Translations under genes and position numbers: made by a program
NCBI RefSeq assembly: GCF_009914755.1
Contig: NC_060944.1
Length of the DNA: 64,000 nucleotides
Source of the DNA: the human T2T-CHM13v2.0 reference genome, Homo sapiens
Reading direction: 5' to 3' (one strand)
Shown: in pieces, positions 14,991 to 27,890 of the stretch
Position numbering within the stretch: position 1 is the stretch's first letter
Layout: each line of letters begins with the position of its first letter
The notes under the pieces: generated by a model
Seen by the model: only the letters and a program-made list of their open reading frames with translations
Databases searched by the model: none
Told to the model about the DNA's origin: nothing

Positions 14991-15895
14991 AAGGACAGTT
15001 GCCATGGGGTGGCATATCCATAGATATGCCATAGATCCATAGGTTCCCATGAGGGGATCTATCCAAGTCTGTGAAAGGGGATGCGAGGATGATGTGGAAG
15101 AAGCAACACCAAATCTGATCTGCTCACAAGGTGCACAGAAGTCAGGAGTGGGATGGCATGGGGAGGGTGTCCTGGGCCTAGAGTTTGTGTTCCTTTTCAG
15201 CATCTTACTAGGAGCTTGTGGCCAAATCAGGCCCAGGCGGAGCTTCTTCCCTCTAGTCACAGGATAGCACTGGCCTGCACCAACACAGCCCTTCCAACAC
15301 CAGCAGGGGAAACCAGATGATAATCCTAACAGAGCCAGACCAAGGAATGGGGTTATCAGTTTTCCTTTTTCTGCTGGGAAGTTTCTGCCTTGGAGCTAGG
15401 CTACGTGGGCGGAGGCTGGGAGGTGGGAGGGCACTGTGGAGGATCTTACTCTTTCCACCCTCCTCTCACTGATCCTAGTTTTGAACAAGAAACAGGTGAT
15501 CTGTTTCGCTAGTTGCAGCTGAATAGAAACCAGGACAAGAAAGTGTTGTCCTCCCCAGACACGTTTCTGTCTCCTGGGTCCTAACCAGCTGCCTACTTGA
15601 GCCATCTGACTTCAATCCACAGGGCCTCCCAGGAGCTGAATCCAGAATGGCAAGAACAAAGTAGCAAAGCAGGAAAGGGCATTCAAGAAGAGAACAGCAT
15701 GGGCAAAGGCCGCAAGGCCAGAGCACTTGGAAACTGCAAGTCCCTCAGTGTAGAGATGAGTCTGTAGAGGAGGTTGACACAAGCTTGTGAAAGACCCAGT
15801 ATGCCAGGCTAAGGGGGTGGGAACAGTGAGGGACACTGAGGGTTTTATGGCTTAAATTTTGACAAGTGTATCTACAATATAGACAACTAATGTAA

Positions 15896-16183
<288 letters not shown>

Positions 16184-16189
16184 GAACAC

Positions 16190-16488
16190 TTTTTTTTAAA
16201 TTTTTTTTTTTGAGACAGAGTCTTGCTTTATCATCCAGGTTGGAGTGAAGTGGCTCAGTCATAGCTCACTGCAACCTTGACCTCCCGTACTCAAGCAATC
16301 CTTCTGCCTCAGCCTCCTGAGTTGCTGTTAATTTTTTTTTTTTTTTTGTAGAGACAGGGTCTCACTATGCTGCCCAGGCTAGTCTCAAATTTCAAGAGAC
16401 CAAGGCGGGAGGATGGCTGGGCTCAAGAGATCCTCCTGTCTTGGCTTCTCAAAGTGCTGGGATTATAGGCATGAGTCACTGCCTATCC
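16190..16488 (-). mobile_element. Rearranged AluJ
   Basis: J diagnostics (atagctcactgcaaccttgacctcc, gggctcaag); internal deletion near 16328 and inverted insert at 16391-16417; gtaacactc brackets both Alus (15892, 16496). Confidence 0.88.
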
Positions 16489-17809
16489 ATATAAAGTAAC
16501 ACTCTTGAACCCACTATCCAGACTTGAGGTTTTTTTAAGTTACTGTTAAAATTTTGTCAATTTTGCTCTTGAGTTTTCAAAATAAAGAGGTCATTACAGA
16601 TAAAGCTGAAGTTCCCTTTGTCCCTTCCCCAGTACCATTCCCCTCCCTTTCAGAGGCACCACCATCATATATTTTTTCTATTTTTACCATAGATATATAT
16701 CCATTAATAACATTCTAAGGCTTCCGTGCATTTTAAAAAGAGGTCCAATGGTTATGATATAATTAATAACTTTAGTTTTCCATCGCACATTTTTAAAAAA
16801 GTCTTTATTTGAGGTTTTCAGCAAAGTGCTGACAAGGGTAAAACTAGCGTTATAAGATCATGCTGGTTACCAAGTGGAGTATTCCAGGTGACAGAGGAGG
16901 ACCAAGGATGGTGACAGTGGGAAGGAGGAGACAGAGCTAAAAGGAGACTCCACACCACAGGTCACTGGTGATCGCCCTGTGAGGGCAGGGTTGTTTTATA
17001 CATGCTGTTCTTCAGCACCATGAACAGGGCCTGGCTGTTGAAGATGCCCAATAAATATCTGTTGACAGAGAAAGGTTGACAGGGGCAGACGGATCCAGGA
17101 TGACTCCCAAATTCCTGGCCCAGTGCAAAAGCCTGGATGATGATCCCAGTCTGCAGTATGAGGGCCCCAGGAGGAGAAGCTGGATTGCAGGGAAAGATGA
17201 ATCCAGAAGCCATCTCTCTGATCTAGAGGAAATGAGGCTGTGCCGTGTGGAAGGGATTAATGTTAGGAAACAGACCAGACATCCGTTCTTAGGACAGAAA
17301 AAAATCTTGTAGCAGGTAGTTCAAGGCTATAAAAGATCTGAAGGGACCCAGAGATGGTAAAAGTGGAAAGGTTCAGTCCTGCTGGGGGCAAAGGGATAGT
17401 TGAAAAACAAGCCAAAAACAATAATCACTTTCCTTAGAAGGCCAGGAGGGCAGGGCCCAGCTTCTGCATCAGCCACAATGAGTGTCTTATAGCCCTCTGT
17501 GTGGTGGGTACCCACAGCCCATTAGCCAAGGCAGAGGAGGAGGAGGAAGGTATAGTAAGTGCATCTAGGATCATAAAGACCTTGTCAGATGCCCACACTC
17601 AACTTTGCTCCCACTCCATATTCATCAACAAGATGGAAAAGTGGGGTGCTCACAGCTGCTTCTTAGGACCTATTCTTGACCAAATTCAATTTCTCTATTC
17701 AGGGAAGGATGTGAAATATAACCTGCTTTCCCAACTCTTAAGACCCAGAGCTCTGGCTCTTCACCTTAAAAGGCTGCCCTCTGCAAGAGCTCCCTCAAAG
17801 TCACTGCCA

Positions 17810-17920
17810 CCCCCACCTCCTCACCCCACCACCCCTGCCCCAGGCACAGCCACCACCCACCCTCTGCTGCTAATTCACCTATAAACAGTCTCCTGCCTTG
17901 CATCTCCACTCAGTTTTGTT
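17810..17920 (+). promoter_or_regulatory. Candidate Pol II core promoter (CACCC boxes, TATA, Inr)
   Basis: Several CACCC boxes at 17808-17862, TATAAA at 17880-17885, Inr-like TCAGTTT with A at 17912 (32 nt after the first T of TATA). Confidence 0.35.
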
Positions 17921-19379
17921 GTTTCTCTAACACGTTCCACTCCCCTGACAGCCCGCCCGATCCTTCCTGTTACCTTAGCACTGACTTCCTAAATGAAGTG
18001 CGGTGGCTCACAGTTCTGTCCTCTGTTTTTGTCACTCTTTCCAGCCCCTCACTTGAGCCTTTTGTAGCTTGGTCTCACAATTCTTTGGGTCCTGGCTATG
18101 GTTAAGTGGCATTTCTCTACTTCATCCCTGGGTTCAGGGACAGAAATGCTTTTACCATCCCCAGTGCCCCTCTCTGGGGGGAGCAGAGAGGTCACTTTAG
18201 TTTTGTTTGGTCTGGTGGAGTAAGGCACGCCCTTCTCTCAGAGAGGGAGCTGTCATGGATCTAAACCAGTCCCTTTCCTAGGAGTACTTGCAATTTAGAC
18301 TTGTTCTTTAGTCAAGGAATGTTAAATATTGTAAAGCAATGCCGTAGCTGGAGGGGGAGAATCTTGGAATCCCCTTTCCACGAGCCTGCTATTTGAAGGA
18401 GTGGTGGGATCCCTTGGAAGTGTGGGCCCCTTGTACTCTGGATCTAATCCCTAGAGTCACCAAAGGGCCAACGTAATGATTCTCAAACAAATCTGTGATC
18501 AGTCCCCTCATATCTTGAACTTGGGAAGGCTGCTAATTTTTATCAGAGCAATACACCCTGTAGATACCACCTCCCTGAACTCTAACCTGAGCAGAGCTCT
18601 AAACCATCAAAGAATCAGGCTATATAGACTTCCCCCTTAAATGGGTGTAGATTCAACAAGATTCCAAAGGTCACGTGACTTGCCTGACTAATCAGCGTTC
18701 TTCCTCAGTGGGGAAACTACTTGGGCCTTTTTTCCTTCTCCTTTTCACCTACCTGAATTATTACATTTATTTATAATTAACATATATTGCATGTAATATT
18801 AAAAAAAATAAAACTTAGAAAGACTTGGTGGTGGGTGCTGCTGAATTAGGTATCAGAGCCCCAGTTAGGTGGGTGTCCTGTGGAGTTTCTGATGAATCAA
18901 AAGCCATTGTTGGGCACTTTAAAAACATGGACGCCTTGAGCCCTGGGCAGCCCCAAGGCTGTGACTACCGAGGGCACCCACAGAGGATTAGAACTGGGGC
19001 ACTGGAACGAGAGGATCATCAGAAGCAAGGCCTGGATGCTCAAATTCCCACCACAGTCATAAAACTTAAGAGCATCTAAGTCGCAAGCAGCTTTTAGTTT
19101 CTTTCTTAAGAATCCAACTAATCTTGTGTTCCACCTTGTAGCCTTCTATAAAGTGTGACCATTCACTTGGTTGATGATTAATGATTCAGCTAGTAATTAT
19201 TAAACAGAAAGGAACCAGAAATAAGAATCATAAATTTAAACACAACATTTCATGTTCTTAATGCTAAACTTGAAGGTAAAACAGTAGGAAGGTAGAAAAA
19301 ACAATGTTGCTATTTGTTTTGTTCTTTTAAAGAATGAAGAAGTCAGATTTCCTGGTCCTTGTGTAGGCTCTGTTCCTGA

Positions 19380-19770
19380 CAGGGTTTCTCAAACTTTTCT
19401 GCCAAAGTCCCTTTGATATTAGAGGCAGGAGGGTAAACTTGGGCCCCAGCACTCTGGGGGCTTGCCCTGAAGGGCCATTAGCAAGGACCAATTATTTCTT
19501 TTTTTTTAAAGACATGTTTAATTAAATAATAGGTTACTTCATCTTCATTATTTGCATTATATAAAAATAGGATTTTTTATTAATAAGAAAATAGCAGATT
19601 CTTTTTGTGGCCTTAAGTTTTAGCTCTAAAATGATGCAAACTTTGCATTTTATAACATAGTATATTTTATACAACTTAATGTAAAAATGATATTTTAAAC
19701 CATCTGCCATCAAAAAACCTCTGTGGCCCTCGGAGAGGCTTCTTATATATCCGGGGACACCCTCAGCGTG
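19380..19770. mobile_element. hAT-Charlie DNA transposon fragment
   Basis: Starts with TIR-like cagggtttctcaaact followed by an AT-rich interior; right end uncertain. Confidence 0.45.
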
Positions 19771-20141
19771 CAGCTACTGCAGTGTGGCCTGGGGCACTTG
19801 CACCCAGGTGAGAGGTGCTACGGAGTGTGGTGGTTTGTTAAACTAGCTGCCACTGTCCCAGGTTGTATCTTTAATAACTACTATTTAGTGAGCACTAATA
19901 TGTGCCAGACTCTACGTCAAATACTTTTATATGCTTATGCCATTTAAATTCTCACAACCACCTGCCTAAGGCCACAGAGCTGTAAGGTGGCAGAGTGGGG
20001 ATTCAAACACCTGTCTGCTTGGTTTCAAAGCCAACTGTGACCCCCTGCTGACTCTTAGAGGCCAAGGCTGAAGCCCGTGGCTGAGTGAGTGGTGGTGACC
20101 TGGGGAAAGAACTGTTGTGGTGCAACTGGAAAGAGTGTGGG

Positions 20142-20261
20142 GGGTGTTCCGAAGGTAGTGCCTTATCTCAATTGATTGTTCACAGTCAGTTACAGATCAA
20201 ACTCCTTGTTCTGCTCCTTCCCCCTTCTCACTACTGCATTTGACCAGTCTTTAAAAAAAAA
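20142..20261 (+). pseudogene. RNY1P: hY1 (RNY1) Y RNA processed pseudogene
   Basis: Near-identical to recalled hY1 (ccgaaggtagtg..ttatctcaattgattgttcacagtcagttacagatc.aactccttgttct...ccttctcactactgca.ttgac.agtcttt), followed by A9; no obvious upstream PSE/TATA. Confidence 0.93.
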
Positions 20262-20449
20262 TACATACAATGCAGGTCTAATAAGAGAAGGGTCAGAAAA
20301 GCTAGGCTTAGGTCTAGCTCTGACTTTGACTAGCTATATGTTCTTCAGGGAGGCCCTCAGCCCTGTCTATAAATGGGACTATAAAGGTCTGTGAAAGGGG
20401 CAATGGAAAAAAGATGAATGTTGAGCCACATCTCAGGCTCCTTTCTTGC

Positions 20450-20640
20450 TCCACTGCTTATCAGCTGTGTCATCTTAGGCACATCACTACGACTTTAAGT
20501 CTGTTTCCTCACGTCTAAAATGTGAAGAACAATACCCACCTCACAGGGCTGCTGTGGGGATGAAAAATAATACACATGAAACACCTGAAACAGAGTTTAC
20601 ATATAGTAGTTGTGCAATAAATGCTTCCCAATAGTAGTTA
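20450..20640 (+). mobile_element. MIR SINE
   Basis: cagctgtgtcatcttaggc...tgtttcctcacgtctaaaatg...cacctcacagggctgctgtg...caataaatg. Confidence 0.8.
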
Positions 20641-20807
20641 TCCTTGTAATAGTGGTATTAGCCATACTACTAAAGTATTATTATATAAAGTAGTATTAGC
20701 AATGCTACTAAAGTGTTCATATTTTAAAATTGTGATTATTAAAGTGAGAAAAATGTATGAAAGGAATACTACAAATTAAGGTAATCCATTAAAAATAAGG
20801 AGCTGGA

Positions 20808-21114
<307 letters not shown>

Positions 21115-21699
21115 GAGCTGGAGGAGGCCCACCTTAATGTACGCCAAAATAGTTCTGCTGGTTGAAGGCCTGGAGTTCCCTGCAACGGGTGGGGAAGGGG
21201 ATTAGCCCGGGGAAATAATGCCTGGGGCAAGTTGAAGCAGAGTTAGGGAAGATCCAGGTCCCTCTGCTGAGGGACAGTTTGGAGGACAGAGCCTGACCCT
21301 CCATGAAGAGAGACTCTCAAGGTCTCTTTTAGCTTTAACATTGGCTAAGTGTGATTCTATGACTCAACCAGTCTGCCCTAATTCCTCAGTGTGGGCAGGA
21401 CATGAAAGACCACCCACCAGTATCTCAGTGAGTTTGTGTGGCCCCCACCTTGGCAGCCACACACAGACACTTCCCAGAGTCTCAGTGATGACAATTCTCT
21501 CTAAAGGGAACCCAAGCCTTAACCAAAGACCACCTCTCCATCTTACTGCTGGGGCCTTTCAGGTCAGCCTAGAGGGAGTTTTCCAGAGCAGGTGGCTTCC
21601 TGAGTGGCCAAGATCATGTGGGCAGGATAGGTTCTCTTCTCGCTGGGCCTTTCCCCCCTAAGCTGGTGTCCCAGGCACCTCTCTCAGTGTGGAAATCAG

Positions 21700-21960
21700 A
21701 TTCTTTATGGTTTATTTTTGACACCAGATCATCGCTGCCCAAGTTTCATCAATTTGTCACTCTTTTTATTGTCAGCAATTGCCCATAACTGGAGCACATT
21801 TAAAATGTCATTGATCTTGGTATTACAGTGTCATAATCTGACAGTAATAGTTGTAGTCAGCACAGGAAGCCAAGGCCCTGAAATTGATGGTGCACAGCAC
21901 ACCAATTATATTCTGTCCATCTAAGTGATAAAAGAGTATGTAGGAGGCATTCAATAGATA
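21700..21960. promoter_or_regulatory. Candidate developmental enhancer (TALE/HOX motif cluster)
   Basis: Six TGACA/TGTCA at 21719, 21755, 21770, 21806, 21829, 21839 plus TTTATGG, TTTTATTG, ATTGAT and TAAT cores, in non-repeat AT-rich DNA within a GC-rich neighbourhood. Confidence 0.5.
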
Positions 21961-23699
21961 AATTAGATATCACTCCCAATTATGTCCTTTATTTTATGGA
22001 GTCATATGCTCCCCTTAGAACTTTTTTTCTTCATTTGGCTTGTAAAGGGGAATTACTTGACCCCCCTAAAGACTGGGACTGCCTCCCCTGCCTGTCCCAA
22101 CTTGGGTTCTATCCTGATCCCTTCCGACTGGCTCATAGTCTTTCACCTGGGCTTTCTCTGGGACTCACCTAGGAGTTCCCCAGTGTGGTAGGTCCACAGG
22201 TGTAAAGGGAAGGAGGCAGAGGTGCTTCACCATTTGGGAAGGAGTTGGGTCAGGCCTTTGGGAAATCCTAGGAAGTCTGGCAATGCCTTTAATGTGACAC
22301 TGCCCAAACAAATGAGACCAGGAGAGGGGCTGGAAAATGGGTAAAAATTCTCCAGTCCAGACAACAGAGCCTTCAAATTAGGACAACGAGTAATTGGCTA
22401 TGACTGGGGAGGAAGAGGATGGTAAAAAGGTTTTCAGTCCTGAAGAAGTGAATTCATCCACCCCTCTACCTCCACTCCAGACTGGGTGGGGCCAATTCAA
22501 GCCCTTCCTCGGAAGAACTCCCGGAATCTTCCACATCCCCATTCTGATCCATATCAGATGACTTCCTCAGCTCAAGTCCTAGCTCTGCCACTGTGGTAGG
22601 GACATAATGTCAGCTTTCCTAGGGGAGACAGAGGGCTCCTGTTTGAGAAAAAGCCCCAAGAATGGTTCATTTCCAAGAAGAGAGCTCACCTGAGGCCGGG
22701 AAGTGCTTGGCCAAGGAATAGAGGTACAGTGAAGGAATAACTTTATTGGAGACCTGGTTTATAAGCATCTTAAACTCTGAGGACAGCCTTGACCTGGTCC
22801 AGACCCCTGTTTCCCCATCCCCCAAAGCCAGCAGGAAACACGGCAGAGGCCGAGACACCAAGTAGTAAACAGTGATCTAGGTCCATTGATCGAGCTTTCA
22901 AAGAGAAAGTGTCCATGGGTTGGGCTGCTCCCCATTGCCCTGTTGCCATCTCAATGTTATAAATAATTCTGGCACTAAGTGTCCTGTTACACGGAGAGGA
23001 AGTAGATCTTATGGCGTGAAACCTGAGAATATGGGTCATGGGAAGAGGGGTGACTGGGGGCAGGGGTAGAGATGGGGAGCGATCACCCCAAGGCTCCTCA
23101 ACTACACCCCTAGGCTGGTGATAGATGAATTTCTGGAGCAGAGGATGGCATTTCAAGTGAAATGTTTATAGGAAATGAGTATGATTTAAACAACGTCTTG
23201 GGTGATAAGCACCAGCCAGCTGGGGGGAGATGGCAGGCTAGAAGTGGAGGAATCAAAAGCCCAGAGGCCCCCAGTGTTAAGTAGCTGTCTGAAGCTCAAC
23301 TCAAACACACACACCAGCTTTGGTCTCAACATGTTTTTAACAGCTGGTTATGATTTCCTTGAGGGTGGCTCAGATTAAGACTAGAGTGGAGCCCCCAGCT
23401 AAGCACCTTCAATAACTGTCCATCACATCCTCTTTAGAAACAGCAGCCTCTTCCCCTTGGCTCAGGGACCCTGTAACTGGGAAGGGCTGTGAAGCTGCAT
23501 GGCTTGTCAGCCTGTTCCCAAGTAGCACGGGGCCTGTCTGTCCTTTGCCTGGGGTCCTGCCCCAGATCCCAGGAACAGAGATTGAGCCCCACCCACAGAG
23601 AGCTCTCAGTCTTCAAGAAGAGAGAAAACATACAACCTAGAAAAGAAGAGAGGAAGCAAAGAGATCAAAAGGATGGAAGACAAGGAAGAGGAAACTGCC

Positions 23700-24720
23700 A
23701 CCAAATCCAGAATTTGGGCCTTTCTCACCACATGCACTGCTGCCATCCTGGTCCAAGCCACACATTTCTCACTTGGATTAGTGCAATGACCTTTCAACAA
23801 GTCTCCCTGCATCTTCCCTTGGCCCCCTGTGATCTATTCTCAACACAAAAGACAAAAAGACTATTTAAAAACTGAAGTCCAGGCCAGGTGCAGTGGCTTA
23901 CGACTGTAATCCCAGCACTTTGGGAGGCCAAGGTGGGTGGATCATGAGGTCAGGAGTTCAAGACCAGCCTGGCTAAGATGGTGAAACCCCGTCTCTACTA
24001 AAACTACAAAAATTAGCTGGGCATGGTGGCAGGTGCCTGTAATCCCAGCTACATGGGAGGCTGAGGCATAAGAATCACTTGAACCTGGGTGGCAGAAGTT
24101 GTAGTGAGTCAAGATTGTGGCACTGCACTCTAGCTTGGTTGACAGGGTGAGACTGTCTCTCAAAACAAAACAAGACCCTGAAGTCCAATCATGTCTTTCC
24201 TCTCTACTTCACTCCGAGTAAAAAGCAAAGTCCTTAAGTTGACTTATGAGGCCGAACATCATCTGTTTCCTCCTTACCTCTCTGATGCCATCTCCTCCCA
24301 CTCTTGCTCACTCCCACAGACTTGCCAGGCATGTTCCTGCCTCAGAGCCTTAGCACCAGCCACTCCCTCTACTTGGAATACTCTTGCCAAGATGTCTATG
24401 GGGCTTACTTCCTCTCTCACCTCTAAGTCTTTGTTCAAATACCATATTCTCAGTGAGATTTCCTTGACAACCATATTAAAAACCTCAGATTTCCCCTCCA
24501 TGCTGATCTTTCTGTATGTGATCTATTCCTTTTCTGTAACAATTATCATTTTCTAATATATGATATAATTTACTTATTTAGTAAGAATATTGTTCATTAT
24601 CTTTCTCTCTCTGCTAGAATGTAAACTCCACATAGGTGGGGGTTCTTTCTCTGTTTTGATTACCAATGTATTCTAAGAACTTGGAATAGTGCTCAATAAT
24701 AATTGCTTAGTGTGTAAATG
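23700..24720 (+). mobile_element. L2a fragment interrupted by an Alu
   Basis: ctggtccaagcca...aaagtcctta...tcctgcctcagagcct...gctagaatgtaaactcca...gctcaataa. Confidence 0.85.
23882..24174 (+). mobile_element. AluSg-type
   Basis: gatcatgaggtcaggagttc...aagatggtgaaacc; TSD ctgaagtcca at 23872 and 24178. Confidence 0.93.
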
Positions 24721-26404
24721 CAAAGGATGAGGTTCACCAGGGGAGGGTTTGGAGAAGAGACCAGAGGGGAGGCCATCCCAGGCTTGGGGTAAACTTGTGC
24801 CTTATCTCACAACAGGCCATGTGTGAGGATCTGAGAGTCAGATCGTTGGGCACAAGTTCAAGAGTCGGGCTAGGCCATCACCTAAAATGGAGAGATTCAG
24901 TTAACAAAGAGACTAGGCTGGATTTACCTCCGGAATCTGGTGGAGGACTTGGCTTTTGGTTGGGATTTTACCATCTTCATGACCAAAGCATACTTGGGGA
25001 TAATAATGCCAAAGGGATGTGCAGGGCAAGAATGAGGTGGTTGGGAATGGAGGCACACTGGGAATTCAGGTGGGGGAGGGTAGCTGAAAGAACAGGCATG
25101 TGTCTTCTAAGTCTGGAAAAAAGATTGAGGTGGAATTAGAGGGCCTGAAGGAAATTGTGTATGCAAGTGGGAGGAAGAGCCTGGGTCCCTGGAAGCTATC
25201 ATCTCCAAGAGCATGTTCCATCTCCACTGACGGCAGAATCAAAAGCGATGGGCTGCGCCTAAAGTCAAAGGAACTAGAGTGAGACATCAAGAAAGGCCTC
25301 CCAATAATATGACAGGTGGTGGAGGGGAAGCACTGGGCCTTGTTCTCTGGAAAACTTGAGCAGGACCTAACTGGGTGCATACCTGAGCCAGGCTAACCCA
25401 GAGGGCACTGTGAGGCTCTGGAGTGGGAGTGTGGTACTAGAGCCCCTGAGAGGGTTCCTGCCTCTGCCTGACTTTGAACTCCATCCTCTCACCTGTGAGG
25501 CTTCTGAGCTTCTAAGCATGCAGAAATGTCCTCTCTCCTGACCTCAAGTTTCTGCATCTTTTCAGAGTGGAAACTGAGAGTATTTAGTATTCCAAGGTCC
25601 CACCAGTCCAGGGGCCAAAACATGTGTACCACCTCTCCTCAGAATATCATTGCTCAACTCAGTTTTGTGGTGGCCTCAGGGTACAAGCCAGGAGAAGCAG
25701 AAAATACCTTTGGAGGTTATACAATTCAGTGGTTACTGCAGTTATAATGGAGTGAGGACATGGGTGGCCTGGGAGTTCTGAGGTTCCGGGGAGATTTACT
25801 TGTCACTGTATAACTTTTGGTGCCTTTTGAGTTTTGAACCATGTACATGTATTTCCTATTCAAAAAACATAAAACAATTAAAATCAGAGGAAAGCAACAA
25901 CAATAATAACAACAAAGAATAGGTCTAGGGAAGTGGGAACTTGATGCCTCCAATTGCTACCCTGAAGGCAATGACCTGCCTCCTCTTGCCCATGTGTACC
26001 TTCCTCCACATCTGGCATCTCCATTCTCTAGAGGCTCAGAGAGGGGTGTGGCTGGCCTGATGTCACCCAGCATTTAAGACTAGCAAAATTCTGGGGCTTA
26101 GCAGTCCAGACTCTCAGTGTTGTCTTTCTTTTCTGATCCTCAATGACCCCGTCTACTCATTGACCACTCCATGTTTTTGGCAGAACTTTACATATGCTAC
26201 AAATCAACCTTCAATGGGTTATTGTTAAAACTGTGTGATCTTAAATGCCATCTTTTCCAGGAAGTAATCTCTTTTCACAAAGAGAAAGAGATGGCAGCTC
26301 TCCTCTCCCCCTGGTGTGGTGTCTGATGGTTCATTCTCTCCCTTCCTGCCTCCCTCCTCCCTACCACCCTCTACCACTAAAGTGGCTCTCCACTGAAACT
26401 TGGC

Positions 26405-26620
26405 CCTGTCTCTGATGAGATATGTGACCTTGAGCAAGTCATTTAACCTTTCTGTGTGTCTGTTTCTTCATCTAAAATTGAGGATCCTGACCTTCCTTCC
26501 ATGGCTCTTCACTTATGCATTTGTACAGCAAGCATGTATTCTGTGCCTGGTGCTGAACCTGGCAGTGAGGATCACACAAGACAATGTATGTGAAGTTAAC
26601 ACAGAGACACAGAGAGTTAC
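26405..26620 (+). mobile_element. MIR with small internal insert
   Basis: tgtgaccttgagcaagtcatttaacctttctgtgtgtctgtttcttcatctaaaa...gtgaggatcacac. Confidence 0.7.
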
Positions 26621-27890
26621 CGCCAAGGCGTCCTTCCTTGGATGCTGTTCTGCGCTGGGTGCTCCAACCCCCTCATCTGGCACGCCCTTGGAGGAACTGC
26701 TTCACAGTCTACTCCAAACCTCTTAACTTCTAGCATTGCTCCTGGGCTGAAGCCGATATCCTGCTCTGCATGAAGGGTCAGGGGGTGCAGAAATAGCCTA
26801 TTTCCCAGGCTTTTTCATTTGGTTAGATCCTTAGGCACCACTTTGCCTACAAGAAGGAATAATGCTGAAATCTGTCTGTTGGTCTTTAGTCTGGAATTTT
26901 CAGTGTCCACCTCTCTTGCCCTCTGTGGGCCTTTCCCTGGGAGTTGGGCTGGAACAAGGGGTAGGAAACGGATTCTATTCGTGTCCTCGCTCTGCTCATT
27001 TCTCTCCTTTCCTGAATCCCATGCATCCATGGAGATTGGTACAGTGGCTAAGATTCTGGGATTGGAAACTCACATTTGTCTCCCTCCAAATGTAAGCTGA
27101 GCTGTGGAGGAAAGATGGTCCCTTCTTTAAAATGAACACCACCATCTCAGAGTATACAGGAGCCTGCTTCAAGCAGAGGAGGCAGAGCTGCCTTCCAGAG
27201 CTCTTGGCAGGAAGCTGTCCCCACTCCCTGCCTGACCACTGAGGATTGGACGAGCGTCACTGGGAGGGAGGGGTGTTTGTAGAAAAAACGTGCTGCTTCA
27301 GCCCTGGTCATTGCTGATGGACCATGACAGCAAGGAAGGTCAAGTCCAGACTAAGGAGGTACTTCTGGTTGTCAGGGACTGGGTTTAAGGTGAGAGGTTG
27401 GTTGGAACTACTCAGACATGGTCTTCCCAGAGCAAGGAGGAAGGATGAGATGACCTGGGAGTTGTGAAGGACTCAGGGGTTTCATGATGCTGCAGAGCTG
27501 GCAGTGACTGGGAGGATGCCAGGGAGATGTCAGTTCACCCATGTCTAGAGCAGAAATCCCATGGTCAGAGACCAGGTATCTGGAACCCCAACATTCCCAG
27601 CATAATGCCTCGCACAAGGCTAACTGGAAACTGAGGAAGACAAGTCCTTCCCTGGAAGACGGTGACAACACTGTGCTCACAGAAGGACAGCTACTTTAAA
27701 GCCCCAGCAAGAAAATGGTCCCAGACTGTGGGACCTGGAAGTACTTCTTCATGTCCAGCCTCAATCCTCCTTACCACAGCTCGATTGGATCTCAGTGCAA
27801 CCTGTGGGATTTGTCCATGCCCAGAGGAGAAACCCAGCAAGGAATATGGACTTTGCTTTTAGGCCTACCCTGTTGGCTGTGGGAGATAAA

